A stretch of DNA of 62,910 nt, counting the filler, from Globobulimina sp. (taxonomy: Eukaryota): the NCBI GenBank assembly GCA_003354225.1. It is 57 parts of 57 records of this genome, joined end to end, with 100 filler letters (N's around TTAATTAATTAA, not from the genome) between each part and the next. Parts side by side here need not be neighbours in the genome. Positions count along the whole stretch, not along the records: positions 11,061 to 12,066 come from PIVH01026011.1; positions 12,167 to 13,172 come from PIVH01026012.1; positions 13,273 to 14,278 come from PIVH01026013.1; positions 14,379 to 15,384 come from PIVH01026014.1; positions 15,485 to 16,490 come from PIVH01026015.1; positions 16,591 to 17,596 come from PIVH01026016.1; positions 17,697 to 18,702 come from PIVH01026017.1; positions 18,803 to 19,808 come from PIVH01026018.1; 49 more parts are not named here. One strand, 5' to 3'. Both the position numbers and the translations under genes were made by a program. Positions 11,061 through 23,126 of this stretch are shown here, in pieces (the stretch's first letter is position 1; each line of letters begins with the position of its first letter). The notes beneath the pieces were generated by a model. It saw nothing but the letters and a program-made list of their open reading frames with translations. It had not been told where the DNA came from and made no database searches.

Positions 11061-11391
11061 TATGCATGCGTGTTATAGTTTGGCAGTGTTATGATGGGAG
11101 TGATCTATGAATGCGTGATACAGTTTGGCAGTGTTTTGAAGACATGGTTAGGAGCCTATGATGTTGTGTTGCTTTGTTGATTATAAAATGGCCGATGAGA
11201 TATTTCGATGCTTGTGGTGTTCTGCAACATGACGCTAAGAATCTGTTGGTTTGTTCAAATGAAAGCAAATCATTCAAACGCAATGTTGAGGCAATGTATG
11301 CAATAATATTCGATGGCAAATCAATTAATTTAGTGCTAACTGCCGTGTTTTCTGATAATTTCTGTTCTGTTTTGCATTGGTTTGCCTTCAA
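11061..11391 (-). CDS. F-box-like protein, 5' part
   Basis: LIDLPSNIIAYIASTLRLNDLLSFEQTNRFLASCCR. Confidence 0.6.
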
Positions 11392-12242
11392 TCTGTCATT
11401 AAAACGGATGAAACAATTCCATGCAAAGCAGTATTAAATGAAATTGAAAATCAACGATAATGTATTTTTTCGATCTAATGTTGCAAGGAATGAAGAGATA
11501 AGGAGTTGTGCTCTCAACAGAGAACCAAGCGGTTCTTGATGGTGTTTCTGAGGCATATTGATTTACCAAACCAAAGAAAAAGAAAAAGAACTTACTTACT
11601 TTACAGTTTTTGCAACAAACAAACATCAACTCACCATTCTTTCAACACAAACTTCCATACCAAGCGAACATTGGCAATTCGAGACCCTGTTTTCCGCAGT
11701 CATCTGATGATTAACTACGTACATTGATTATGATAATTATAACAAAAATATGATTCATTTACATTTGATTAGCAATGAATGGATGAAAACAAAATAAAAT
11801 TTATCGATCCTTTAATCTCATCGTTTTATGCATTGCCTACTTAGATTTTCTGGCTATTCTGAAAATTATGAATTATGGCAAATGCTAACTCATTAAATTA
11901 ATCGATCAGCAAATATCCAACAACGTACATTATGAGAATAACATTTGCTGAGCAATATAAAGTGTCTGTGATGATTGGGGTGATATTATGTGGTATGTCT
12001 TTGTTGTGTGTTTTTTTGAATGATGAATAAATTTATACCGATATCTGAAACAATATGAATGAACAANNNNNNNNNNNNNNNNNNNNNNNNNNNNNNNNNN
12101 NNNNNNNNNNTTAATTAATTAANNNNNNNNNNNNNNNNNNNNNNNNNNNNNNNNNNNNNNNNNNNNATTTCATAAAATAAGAAAATATAAAGAAGCAGCA
12201 ATAGGGTTAGAAGAATTATACATTTTTCAAAGCCGCCTAACC

Positions 12243-12300
12243 AATAACAATAATAATAATAATAATAATAACAATAATAACAATAATAACAATAATAATA
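12243..12300 (+). repeat. AAT/AAC microsatellite encoding poly-Asn in the 3' end of a gene (stop at about 12382)
   Basis: Trinucleotide run in frame with downstream ...PPPPDQPPSKRLRLNN*. Confidence 0.8.
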
Positions 12301-12509
12301 TAATTAGAAAACGTTTGCTGCCGCCACTGGTACCTCCACCTCCAGACCAACCACCAAGTAAACGATTAAGATTAAATAATTAAATATTATATTTTTTTTC
12401 TACTCCTTTTTTTTTTATACATTTAATTATTAATTTACGTACGATCCGCTGTCCTTGCTCTAAAAAACAAAAAACATTCATAAGGATTTTGCTTTATTAA
12501 ATTTAAACC

Positions 12510-13172
12510 ATGTCACACAATGATTTAGCGACGCAAGCCAGCACATTGGGTGATCGTTCGCACCAAAAACGCGAACTCGCCGCAATCTCCGTAGAAATGA
12601 CCGTGCGTCAAATCATGAGCAGTGACATATTAGCCGGTGGACTTGGCATCCACCGCCATCACACATTATCCTCTATGTCCGCCGCCGTCTTAAATCAGAA
12701 CCGATCTGCCGCAGAGATAATATATCGTCGCACGGATCAAATCCAAAAAGTCATAAACTTTTTAATGACAAACTACATCGACAGCGAACAGGCAAATTAC
12801 CGTAAAGGTGGCTTGTTAGGTTTAGCCGGCGTAATAATGGCATTGACCACCAAACGAAACACCTTAACTTACGAAGGCATTACGTTTTTAAATCAGGTCA
12901 TTCCAATCATCCAGAAATGCTTAGATGATAAAGACGCGTCAGTCCGCTATTACGCCAATGAGACCTTGTTCAATGTGATAAAAGTGGCACGTTATCATAT
13001 TATCTTATTTTTTGATTTAATATTCAATCAAATTCAAATCTTATGCGACGACGAAGATGAACTGGTACGTGAATCTAATAAATGTGTGAACCGATTATTG
13101 CAGGATGTCGCCTGCAATTACGACCATTTCAAAAAACGCTGTAAAAGTTTTTTTACAAAAGGATACTTATGA
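12510..13172 (+). CDS. VAC14: VAC14 (PIKfyve complex scaffold), N-terminal HEAT region
   Basis: LGDRSHQKRELAA, NYRKGGLLGLA, DKDASVRYYANETLFNVIKVAR, LCDDEDELVR...NRLLQDV. Confidence 0.9.
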   Translation: MSHNDLATQASTLGDRSHQKRELAAISVEMTVRQIMSSDILAGGLGIHRHHTLSSMSAAVLNQNRSAAEIIYRRTDQIQKVINFLMTNYIDSEQANYRKGGLLGLAGVIMALTTKRNTLTYEGITFLNQVIPIIQKCLDDKDASVRYYANETLFNVIKVARYHIILFFDLIFNQIQILCDDEDELVRESNKCVNRLLQDVACNYDHFKKRCKSFFTKGYL

Positions 13173-13272
13173 NNNNNNNNNNNNNNNNNNNNNNNNNNNN
13201 NNNNNNNNNNNNNNNNTTAATTAATTAANNNNNNNNNNNNNNNNNNNNNNNNNNNNNNNNNNNNNNNNNNNN

Positions 13273-14278
13273 ATCAAATATCCGGATTTAATACAGCACC
13301 AAATGCACGACAACAACAATATTATTATTATTATTATCCAAACAATCAATACCAATATGATTATACACATACGCAACAAACAAATCCTTATCTCCCAACA
13401 AACGTTGTAATACCTTCAAGTCAGATACATTGCCCTCAACATATACCCTCTTATCCGAGCAATATCACTTATTATGAAAAAAATGGAACTGTTTTCTATT
13501 GCAAAAAAAATGAAGCTATTTCCAGAAAACTTACAACCATTCTTTATAAACGGTCAACGCACAAAACATCAAAACATCAGCCACATTCTATACGTATTTG
13601 TAATAAAAAAGAATTATTAATAACTGGTTACACTGAAAAATATTTAAATTGCTCCAAATGGATTATTCCAAATGTAATAATTGATTTATTTATAAAATAT
13701 TATGGTATTTATTATCATAATGACAATAATAAATTGGTGCTTTTCGCAAACAATACAATTGCAAGAAGAAATCGTGGATTTTATTTATTAGATTATGTGA
13801 CACAGAAACTTATTTATTACAAACCTGCTTTTCTATGGGAATGGGATTATCAGTGTCAAACAGTTGCATCTGACATTAAATGTAATTATAATTATTTAAA
13901 TATAGATAAATATGATGTATGCAATGCATTATTTATATGTGATACTGCAGCAAAATCTGAATTAAAATATGAATGTGTTTTATTTACAACATCCAATGCC
14001 ATACAAATATCATTGCCACGAATAACAAATAAGAGAAATACTCGTCATTTTAGATCTGTTTATTCCAAGGAAAGGAATCAATTAATTGTAGTATCTCAAG
14101 GTAAAATATCTATCTTTTCTTTGACTGAATGGAAATGGATATCGTCGATTGAATGCGAATATATTCGAACAAATTATATTAAAGGAATTGCTTTAATGGA
14201 TAACACATATAAATTGTTTGGGGCAGGTACAAGAAAGCATGGCTGTTTTATTTATTATTTAAATAATAATACACGACA
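13273..14278 (+). CDS. Hypothetical protein (LLxxGY...IP..II..YY motif then beta-rich region), partial
   Basis: Frame of the 13734 ORF extends upstream without stops; LLITGYTEKYLNCSKWIIPNVIIDLFIKYYG. Confidence 0.6.
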
Positions 14279-14542
14279 NNNNNNNNNNNNNNNNNNNNNN
14301 NNNNNNNNNNNNNNNNNNNNNNTTAATTAATTAANNNNNNNNNNNNNNNNNNNNNNNNNNNNNNNNNNNNNNNNNNNNAATTTATTTCTCTTGTAAATTT
14401 TAAGTTTGAATGATTATTCACTGTTATTATAGATTACAGGTTGATAATGTTCTGACTTCGACTTAATTATGATGAGTACATCAAGACAAAACCTCAAATG
14501 GTCATAATCTCATACATAATGGATGAAACACGTTTTCTATAC

Positions 14543-14732
14543 CTTTCAAATGAACATGGGATGCTAACTTTTGATCTTGAACATGTCCATACAGTGCCAT
14601 TCTCGAACAGCAATGTAAACGCGTTCGGTTCAGGGGTTGCATGGGTGGAAAATTCACGGGCGTCAATCAGGGTGAGACGAGGATTCCACAACTGTGCAAC
14701 CACATCAGGTGATAATGAGATATTCGGATTAC
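14543..14732 (-). CDS. Exon of a Cys-loop ligand-gated ion channel extracellular domain
   Basis: AG/GT-bounded exon: QLWNPRLTLIDAREFSTHATPEPNAFTLLFENGTVWTCSRSKVSIPC (WxP motif, NGTV...R, first loop Cys). Confidence 0.7.
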
Positions 14733-15541
14733 CTAAAATTTATGCATTGGTATGTGTACATTTGTGAGTACTAGAAACTGTAAATAAGTATAGTCAAATA
14801 GTTTCACAGAATAAATGTACAGTCGATAGCATATTTTTTAGATCTTCCAATCATTTATGAGGTAAAACCTTTACTGTAAAAAGTGTCTACCTATTTTAAA
14901 TATAATAATGGAATATAATATAATAATTCATTCAGTTGTACTATTAAGTACATTAGTGTTTGTACCTACCGCCTAATAGAACGAAACTCTAATGAAGGAG
15001 ACGCTAGTCATTTACTCATTTCCCGCTACTGTTTGACCAAGTAATTACTATCCAAACACAATGTACCAGTGCCCTCAAATGTCATGAAATGACTAATTTT
15101 GGGCAAATAATTTAAAGCGTTTGACTGAAAGTCAGCTATACTTTTGCCTAAATTTTAATATAACATAATCACTCACATGGTTTCAAATTGTGATAATCGA
15201 GTCTGAAATCTGTGTATTTATTTCTGTACATTACCAGTTCATTGAAATGACAAAATTTCATCAGGTTGATAACAAGTCTATGGTCAAAACATTCTGGAGC
15301 CCAATAGACAATGTAGCCTGTCAGCCGTCGCCATTGGCCAATTACACCCTACGAAGAAAATTATTTTAAACTGAAAGACGAATTNNNNNNNNNNNNNNNN
15401 NNNNNNNNNNNNNNNNNNNNNNNNNNNNTTAATTAATTAANNNNNNNNNNNNNNNNNNNNNNNNNNNNNNNNNNNNNNNNNNNNAGACCTACTTAGATTG
15501 AAAAAAGCTTATATTAAACTAAATAAAGCAAGTATTTAAAC

Positions 15542-16168
15542 ATGCCACAAGAAGAGACACAGAACGAATTCTCAGATGATCGAGATGATAGAAAAACAAT
15601 CTATGGCTTACCTAATCAAAATCAAATGAGAGTGAATAAATCCATGATATGGATTCCGTTGGTAGTTGGTTTGTCCATTGCTGCGGGAATAGTCACAACG
15701 AGAGCCATTCAAAAGTTAGCTCGCGGAGCATCTCCTAAAACAGTATCAAAAGCAACACACAATGCATCATCCACTACAACATCATCTACTACATCAACTA
15801 CATCAACAACTGCATCTGAAGCATCAGTACGTTAATTTAAGCACATATATAATTTCTGGAATTTTCAATCATACGTTTTGTTGAATGCTATTCAGTCTGG
15901 TCCATCATATGAAATTCCAGCATCCGCGGAGTCAAACTTTTCAGCAAAAACATTTACAGGATTTGTGCCATATAGTGGGGATTTTAAGGAACCGATGGAT
16001 GTGGGCGAAGCAGCATTGATATTGGGATGTAGAGAAACTTCATCCAAAGACATTTTAAATAAACGGTTCAATACGCTCATGAAATGCAACCACCCGGACA
16101 AAGGTGGCAGTCCTTTCATAGCATCGAAAATAAATGAGGCCAAAACTGTTCTCATGAAAGGCAAATAA
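15542..16168 (+). CDS. PAM18: Mitochondrial import motor J-protein Pam18/Tim14, intron 15827-15895
   Basis: TM segment, then FKEPMDVGEAALILG...NHPDKGGSPFIASKINEAK; GT-AG intron joins the two listed ORFs in frame. Confidence 0.93.
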
Positions 16169-18067
16169 TGATGACTCTATAACTCTAATTGTTGCACTTT
16201 CATTGTTTGAACATAAAGATATTATGTTTCTCATAGTTCGGTGTTAATTCGATTCGAAAACACTAAAATATGACAAATCAATACATATTGAGTTTAAGGC
16301 TGTATATGAATTTTCTCAGAGCAATATCTTTATTGATGTTTGTTAGAATATCATTCGAAACTAAATCCTTCACATATTGCATAATACCGTATGGCTTTGT
16401 CTTTAATTCAATCACATTTCCTGTATTTCCTTTAACTTGAATACAAATATCAAATCCATTACATATGAACTTAGGCTTTATCAACAAAAANNNNNNNNNN
16501 NNNNNNNNNNNNNNNNNNNNNNNNNNNNNNNNNNTTAATTAATTAANNNNNNNNNNNNNNNNNNNNNNNNNNNNNNNNNNNNNNNNNNNNTTTAATTTGG
16601 CATTATAAATAGTTTTGTCAATATTTGGTGCATGGATAAGTCGACGCCTCTGAAAAAAGTGGATTGCACCGATCAAAACTCTAACCGTTTCATATGGATA
16701 CGTGGTGCATAGATAAGTCAGTACCTTAAGTAAAGTCAAAGTGGGCGAACAAAATGCGAAGAGACTATACATATATTGTTTGTACTGCCAAAAAGTCGAA
16801 AAATTTTATTTTAATTTTATTTTCAATCAATCGTTACAAAATGTCAAAATCATGAATAAACAATATATAAAAACCAAACCAGCGAAAAAATCACATACAA
16901 TACATATACATTTTAATTATTATTATTATTAAAAATCAAAAAAATAACAAAAGCGACAGGACAAAACATACAAAGGAAAAAATGTGCATATAACATAACT
17001 TAATACAGTAGGTATATAAGAAATATGCCTTAATTTTGTCTCTAAATTTAAAGTTAGAAATATTTTTTTTGTAAAATTATTAATACTGTATTAAGTTATT
17101 TGTTGCGCTACCGACTGAACTTTTTCGGATTATAATGTAATAAAAAATTTTTTTTTTACATTTTCGATCTTTTTTGCACTTGAGGACAGTCACATGGCAG
17201 CATACTAGAAGGCAGCGTTCCTCTTTCCACCTGGAGACTGAATAGCCAGCAATTGACGCAAACCTAAATTATACATTCATATATATAGTATGCATGTTGC
17301 GATTACAACAGTTTCAACAATTCCCCCAACAATGTATCGTCACTTTGACCCAATTCCCTGGTTCGATCTGGGGGTAAAACGAACCTTTTCACTAAGGGCT
17401 GTTGGCGAATCATATACTCTATATGGTCCCAAATTTTGTCAGGGTTTGTACTGCATTCTTCGTAAGGATAGACCTGCCTGCGTAATTCAGTACCGCGGTA
17501 GGTTTCATGTGTCATGTGACACGTTCCCTTGCTGCAATATGCAAATTTGCAATTTAGTTTCGACAATCCACGTTTTTTCTGGGTGTAAGTAAAATGNNNN
17601 NNNNNNNNNNNNNNNNNNNNNNNNNNNNNNNNNNNNNNNNTTAATTAATTAANNNNNNNNNNNNNNNNNNNNNNNNNNNNNNNNNNNNNNNNNNNNAACA
17701 TGAAGTTATTTCATTAAATGATGATATCGAAGTATTAACTCTAATAAACTCGTGTAAGACATTGCGAAATAACATTTCTGTTTTATAAGTTATCATTTAT
17801 TTAACTTTTACTTTTATCAAATTTGCTTGAACGATGTATTAAGTTTATATAGTCGCAGATCGTTATAGTCGCGCATAAGTCTATGATTAAAAATGTTATG
17901 GATAGTTAATCCATTTATATCTCGCTAGCACTACGTTGTCTACGTATATAATTACGGATTACGGATTTCGAAATCCGTAACGCATTAAACGCAATCCGTA
18001 ACGGATTGAGTTGTATAAAACTATAAAGAATAAAAAAAAGAAGAGGCTCACACATATTTCATGCAAA

Positions 18068-18702
18068 TTAAAGCTTATTCCCCCAAATAACAAAATAAAT
18101 AATTCCTGTTAAACAAATCCCACCAACCATATTGCCTAAAGTTACAGGAATTTGATTCCATAGCAACCAATCAGCTGCGTTATAAGCATCACATCCATAA
18201 GTTAAGCCAGCTGGAAATAAAAATAAATTTACAATGCTGTGTTCGAACCCTAATGTAATAAATAATGTGACAGGTATATACATTGCGAATATTTTACCCA
18301 TTGTTGATTTGCTTGAAAATGATAATAAAACACCCATTGTTACCATCCAATTACACATTACCCCATTAAATAACGACGCGAACCATCCGGCTCCTCCGCC
18401 CGTAAGCTTGTATTCGATTGATTTGGCCGTTGTAACTTTACATAAAACATCTTGAAATGCATGATATTTTGTTGGATCTCTGTGTCCGAAATGCGTCATA
18501 CCGCCCCATAAAAAAAATAAATATAACAATGTACCCATAAAATTGCCACAATAAACAACCAACCAATTAATTAATATCATTTTGATGGATAATTCTTTTT
18601 TATCTTTCTTTGACGCTAAATATGCCATTGGTAAAAGGGCAAAATTGCCGGTGGCCAAGTCATTGCCCATTAATATTAACATTACAAAACCAGTCGGAAA
18701 TA
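18068..18702 (-). CDS. Formate/nitrite transporter (FNT family), 3' part
   Basis: DLATGNF, GNFMG, GVMCNWMV, GFEHSIVN, WNQIPVTLGNMVGG. Confidence 0.95.
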
Positions 18703-18802
18703 NNNNNNNNNNNNNNNNNNNNNNNNNNNNNNNNNNNNNNNNNNNNTTAATTAATTAANNNNNNNNNNNNNNNNNNNNNNNNNNNNNNNNNNNNNNNNNN
18801 NN

Positions 18803-19113
18803 ATATTATCCATTTTTTTGATTACTTTCATACTCTCAATGTCTATAATTAATAATATTTCATTCACCCGCCCATCAAATAAAAATAATGTTTTCTTATC
18901 ATTTGATGTACAGATTGCATGATCTCCAATATTTTTATAGTCACCAAATGAATATTTAGTCCATGATTGTGATTTGATGTTGAATTTATAAATATGATTA
19001 TCGTAGTGTGGAGATAAAATAATTTCATCATTAATCAACAATGCTGGTCTGCCACACTCATTAAACCCAAATGGCGCATCTGGAAGTTTTGTCCATGTTG
19101 GTGCAGCTGCCAT
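18803..19113 (-). CDS. Kelch/beta-propeller-like protein, 5' part
   Basis: WTKLPDAP, IYKFNIKSQSWTKY, HAIC...LFLFDG. Confidence 0.6.
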
Positions 19114-19188
19114 GGTCAGAGCAGTTGAGTTAGCTATTTAGCTTTGGTTTTTTTTGTTAAAAGATCAGAATACCAATATTTTAAAAGC

Positions 19189-19808
19189 ATGGAACGTAGA
19201 GAGCTCCTCAAATTGAGCAAACTGCAACTCATTAAACGTTGTAAAAAATCAAAAATACCGGTCAATGGAACAAAAGGCGATATGGTCAACAGATTACTTC
19301 AAAGCTCATCACAAAAACACACAAAAGCAAAAAATAACAAAAAGAAATTAACAAAAAAGAAACATGTGAGACAAGCAGCATCAATGGGAGCGCTGGCTTT
19401 CAATAAAAAAAAAAAGAAATTCAAAATTAAAAAAGTCCACAAGTATAACGCACAAATTATTTATCAATTGATTCAATTTAATTACAACAGAAAAGACATT
19501 CTGAATGCAATGGATAATGTGATTGATCAAAATGATATCAATTCCATCATTAATTATTTGCAAAAAACAATAAATATAAACACAAAAACTGACGAAATTA
19601 AAAACGAGCAATCTGATTCGCAGTCTGATGATAATAACAGTTCATTATCAATGCTATCAATATGTAGCAATGGGATACATTCACAACGAAAAGCATCGCT
19701 ATCCAGCCCATCCAATCATAGTTCGGAAGAAAAAAACGTTCTGTACACTGACGAAAAACACATAACTACGGAACAAATATTTGACATTAATAACATGTCT
19801 GTTGATAT
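19189..19808 (+). CDS. SAP-domain protein with UBA-like segment, 5' part
   Basis: LLKLSKLQLIKRCKKSKIPVNGTKGDMVNRLL (SAP); IIYQLIQFNYNRKDILNAM (UBA-like). Confidence 0.65.
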
Positions 19809-19913
19809 NNNNNNNNNNNNNNNNNNNNNNNNNNNNNNNNNNNNNNNNNNNNTTAATTAATTAANNNNNNNNNNNNNNNNNNNNNNNNNNNNNNNNNNNN
19901 NNNNNNNNTTTAG

Positions 19914-20588
19914 GGATTTCAAACAATTTCTCGATCCAGAATTGGGACTTTGTTATACATTCAATGGTGAACAACATTCCAAATATAATATAACCAACCC
20001 TGGACCGGATACAGGTCAGTAATTATTTCATTCAGCATGGGCCAGTGAAGGTCCACACTTGTCCCATACTTTGGTAGAAAGCCACCCATCTATCTATTTG
20101 CTATTGCCTACTTCCTTTCCAACGACCTGGGTTTTAGTTTTACATCTATGACCCCCTTAATATGAGAAAAATTATTTTCACCGTAGACGGGGATGTTAAC
20201 CACTCACCATCACCTGTGCAGCTAACAAACAGTATAACTGCTGTTCACTGTGATCTCATATTAAGAAATATTTTATTAAGGCCTTCATATTACAATCGTA
20301 TCCAATGACTCTGAATATCTTTATTCAACTGGTAAGGTTGGCGTTCGTGTTGTTATCCATGAAAGAAATAGTCATCCATTTCCAAATGTGGATGGTTTCA
20401 GTTTTGGTCCTGGAACAAAGGCATTAGTGGCAATGCAATATGTAAATATGACAGTTTTACCATACTATTCATGTTGAAATTGTACTTGTTTTTAGTCCCA
20501 ATCAAACCTCTTGGGTCCGCCATATGGACAATGTGAACCTGAAGATAATGTACGAGACAGCTACATATTTGAAGGATATTCCCTAGAG
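19914..20588 (+). CDS. DEG/ENaC sodium channel, three internal exons (19914-20014, 20281-20441, 20496-20588)
   Basis: Spliced: FLDPELGLCYTFN...GPDTGL...GVRVVIHERNSHPFP...GPGT...LGPPYGQC...YSLE; all junctions GT-AG. Confidence 0.88.
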
Positions 20589-21157
20589 GTTAGTTTTTAT
20601 TTCCGACTTTTGAAGTGAAATGTTTCTTGTTTATGTTTCTTCCCCCATGCTACAATGCATTTTTAACAATCTGAAACATGGAACTATTGACCTATTGCTT
20701 GAAACTGCTCTGCACCGATACATTTAATGTGATACTTTACATTGTTATGTTTTTGAGCTCCATACGGCTACTTCACTCTAACAATGCAAAACAATTCTTT
20801 GACATTTGATTAACTAACTGGTGCGCATCTCTAGATACATACAGCATCTATGGTTCTGCTTCAAAATGTGATGCCCACATGCTTTACTTGTAATGAATTT
20901 CAGGGCTGTTATCGNNNNNNNNNNNNNNNNNNNNNNNNNNNNNNNNNNNNNNNNNNNNTTAATTAATTAANNNNNNNNNNNNNNNNNNNNNNNNNNNNNN
21001 NNNNNNNNNNNNNNTGTTTGTCAATAAGTGCAGTTGGGTGTGTTTTTAACTACTTTTTGTTGAGTTGAGTATGTTTTTGATTGGTTGAAAAATGTTTTGA
21101 TTGGTTGATAATTTGTTTCTGTTCTTGAGGAATAGAAACTCTCAATTGGAAATGAGC

Positions 21158-21468
21158 CTTTATTTCGGATGCCTGTAGCAAACCCAAATGTTGTTGTATG
21201 GCACAAAGAGGGATAACTGAGTGCGGAATACAAATTCTATGTATAGCAAGTTCAAATGTGCAAATATGTTTTCGGATAGAAACAGATTGTGAAGAAGATT
21301 GCTGTCTTTTGACGAGTGTAATACGCACATCGATATTGATATTGTTCACCATTATTGCATCGGAAAACGCATTTGCAGCTATACATAGAATTTGTATTCG
21401 CACTCAGTTATCCCTCTTTGTACCATACAACAACATTTGGGTTTGCTGCAGGCCTCCGAAATAAAGCC
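21158..21468. repeat. Internal inverted repeat with arms of about 90 bp (21158-21248 / 21379-21468)
   Basis: Arms are reverse-complementary with a few mismatches and indels. Confidence 0.9.
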
Positions 21469-21533
21469 AAATTCAAATGTTGAGATGCTCATATTGTAGA
21501 TTTGTAGCTGTCATAAAATATAGAATATGAATA

Positions 21534-21721
21534 CTATCGATATCGAAATAAGCGACTTCTTTGCGAAAGGATTCTTTTAGGAAAGGATTCTCTTAAGTGA
21601 GTTAAGTGTGGGTGAGCTTAAGTTTTTCTCTTAGTAGTGGAGATTCGCTTAAGGTTTTTGGGGATTCGCTTAAGTGGTGATTCGTTTAAGCATGGGGATT
21701 CGCTTATTTCGATATCGATAG
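21534..21721. mobile_element. 188-bp MITE-like element, 22-bp perfect TIRs, TA flanks (Tc1/mariner-pogo-like)
   Basis: TA|CTATCGATATCGAAATAAGCGA ... TCGCTTATTTCGATATCGATAG|TA; internal GATTCGCTTAAG-like repeats. Confidence 0.7.
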
Positions 21722-22186
21722 TAATCATAATTGCAATACCGATTTAATTAACTTATTAATAACTTAATTTCCTCATCCTTTCTCTCTTCCTTCGATCCTT
21801 ACACATTTTAGAAATAACAATCTCTCAACACTTGGAGAGTGTGACCGCGAATAGCATACAAATACGCCTACGTTTTGTTTCTATCGTAAGATCAAAGAAC
21901 AATTCCTCAAGAACAGAAACAAATTATCAACCAATCAAAACATTTTTCAACCAATCAAAAACATACTCAACTCAACAAAAAGTAGTTAAAAACACACCCA
22001 ACTGCACTTATTGACAAACANNNNNNNNNNNNNNNNNNNNNNNNNNNNNNNNNNNNNNNNNNNNTTAATTAATTAANNNNNNNNNNNNNNNNNNNNNNNN
22101 NNNNNNNNNNNNNNNNNNNNATCTCATGTATTCGTAATCTCTCAATAGCTTGGGCATCTATGAAATCTGTGGAAATCTATGGCGAT

Positions 22187-23126
22187 TCAATAGATATATT
22201 TCTGATTGTCAGTATTTGAGAAATATCGACACTTTTGACTGGATCTGGTCTTACCATCAATCTGCAAAATATAACCAAATAATTCCCTTTTTATGGAAAT
22301 TGTAAATATAAATAACAAACCAAATGCAGCTAAGATGTTGAAAATTGTTTTAAATATTACAAAGTGATGTTGTTTACGGTCTGAATCAGCTTTATTTTCA
22401 AAATAATTGCATCGAATGATAAAAAACATTGTAATTAATAATAATAAAGTTTTATACAGAATTTTTGTTCGATTATGTTTGTCAAATAAGAATATCTGAA
22501 GCACCAAATTCCCGCAACATAATAAAATCCCGCTTGTTACAAATATATATGCTGTCACTTCGACGACGCCATCTGTTATCATAAAATTAAAGAAAATAAC
22601 AAATGCTAATAAGGATAATACCGAATGTGTGTTATTGATCAACTTCTCATATTTATTCCAAAACGTCTTCCATTTCTGGTCAGTGTTATGTTCAATATTA
22701 ACTTTACTATTTGCAATATAACATTGTATTTGCAATGGAAGTATATTCTTATTAATTACTAAGGATTACCAAATAATCGATACAGCCTCAACCTGCATAG
22801 CAATGTAACCACAGAGGCACAAATACCAATCATTCCCCATAACAAGTACCATATTTCAAACTTATTCGTTTTTAAACCAAATATTGCACCCATTAAAACA
22901 AATAAATTCCAGCCACACATTGCGACACAAATACCACAGGAAATTGTTATAAATATCATAAAAAATCTAAAGCATAACATATAGTCTCTGAATCGCAACA
23001 ACACTGGATATAAACCTTGATTACTTTTTTTGTTTTGTCGAGCTCCGATATCTGCGATAACTTTGCAAATAAACAGCAATTATGATAATTGGACCAAAAG
23101 TAAATGGTACAGCATAGACTACATTT
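22187..23126 (-). CDS. Multi-pass membrane protein(s), interrupted near 22740-22760
   Basis: Two consecutive hydrophobic ORFs on the same strand. Confidence 0.4.

Larger units (their letters stand above)
21015..22020. repeat. Contig bounded by a perfect 119-bp inverted repeat (21015-21133 / 21902-22020)
   Basis: Direct reverse-complement comparison. Confidence 0.95.
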
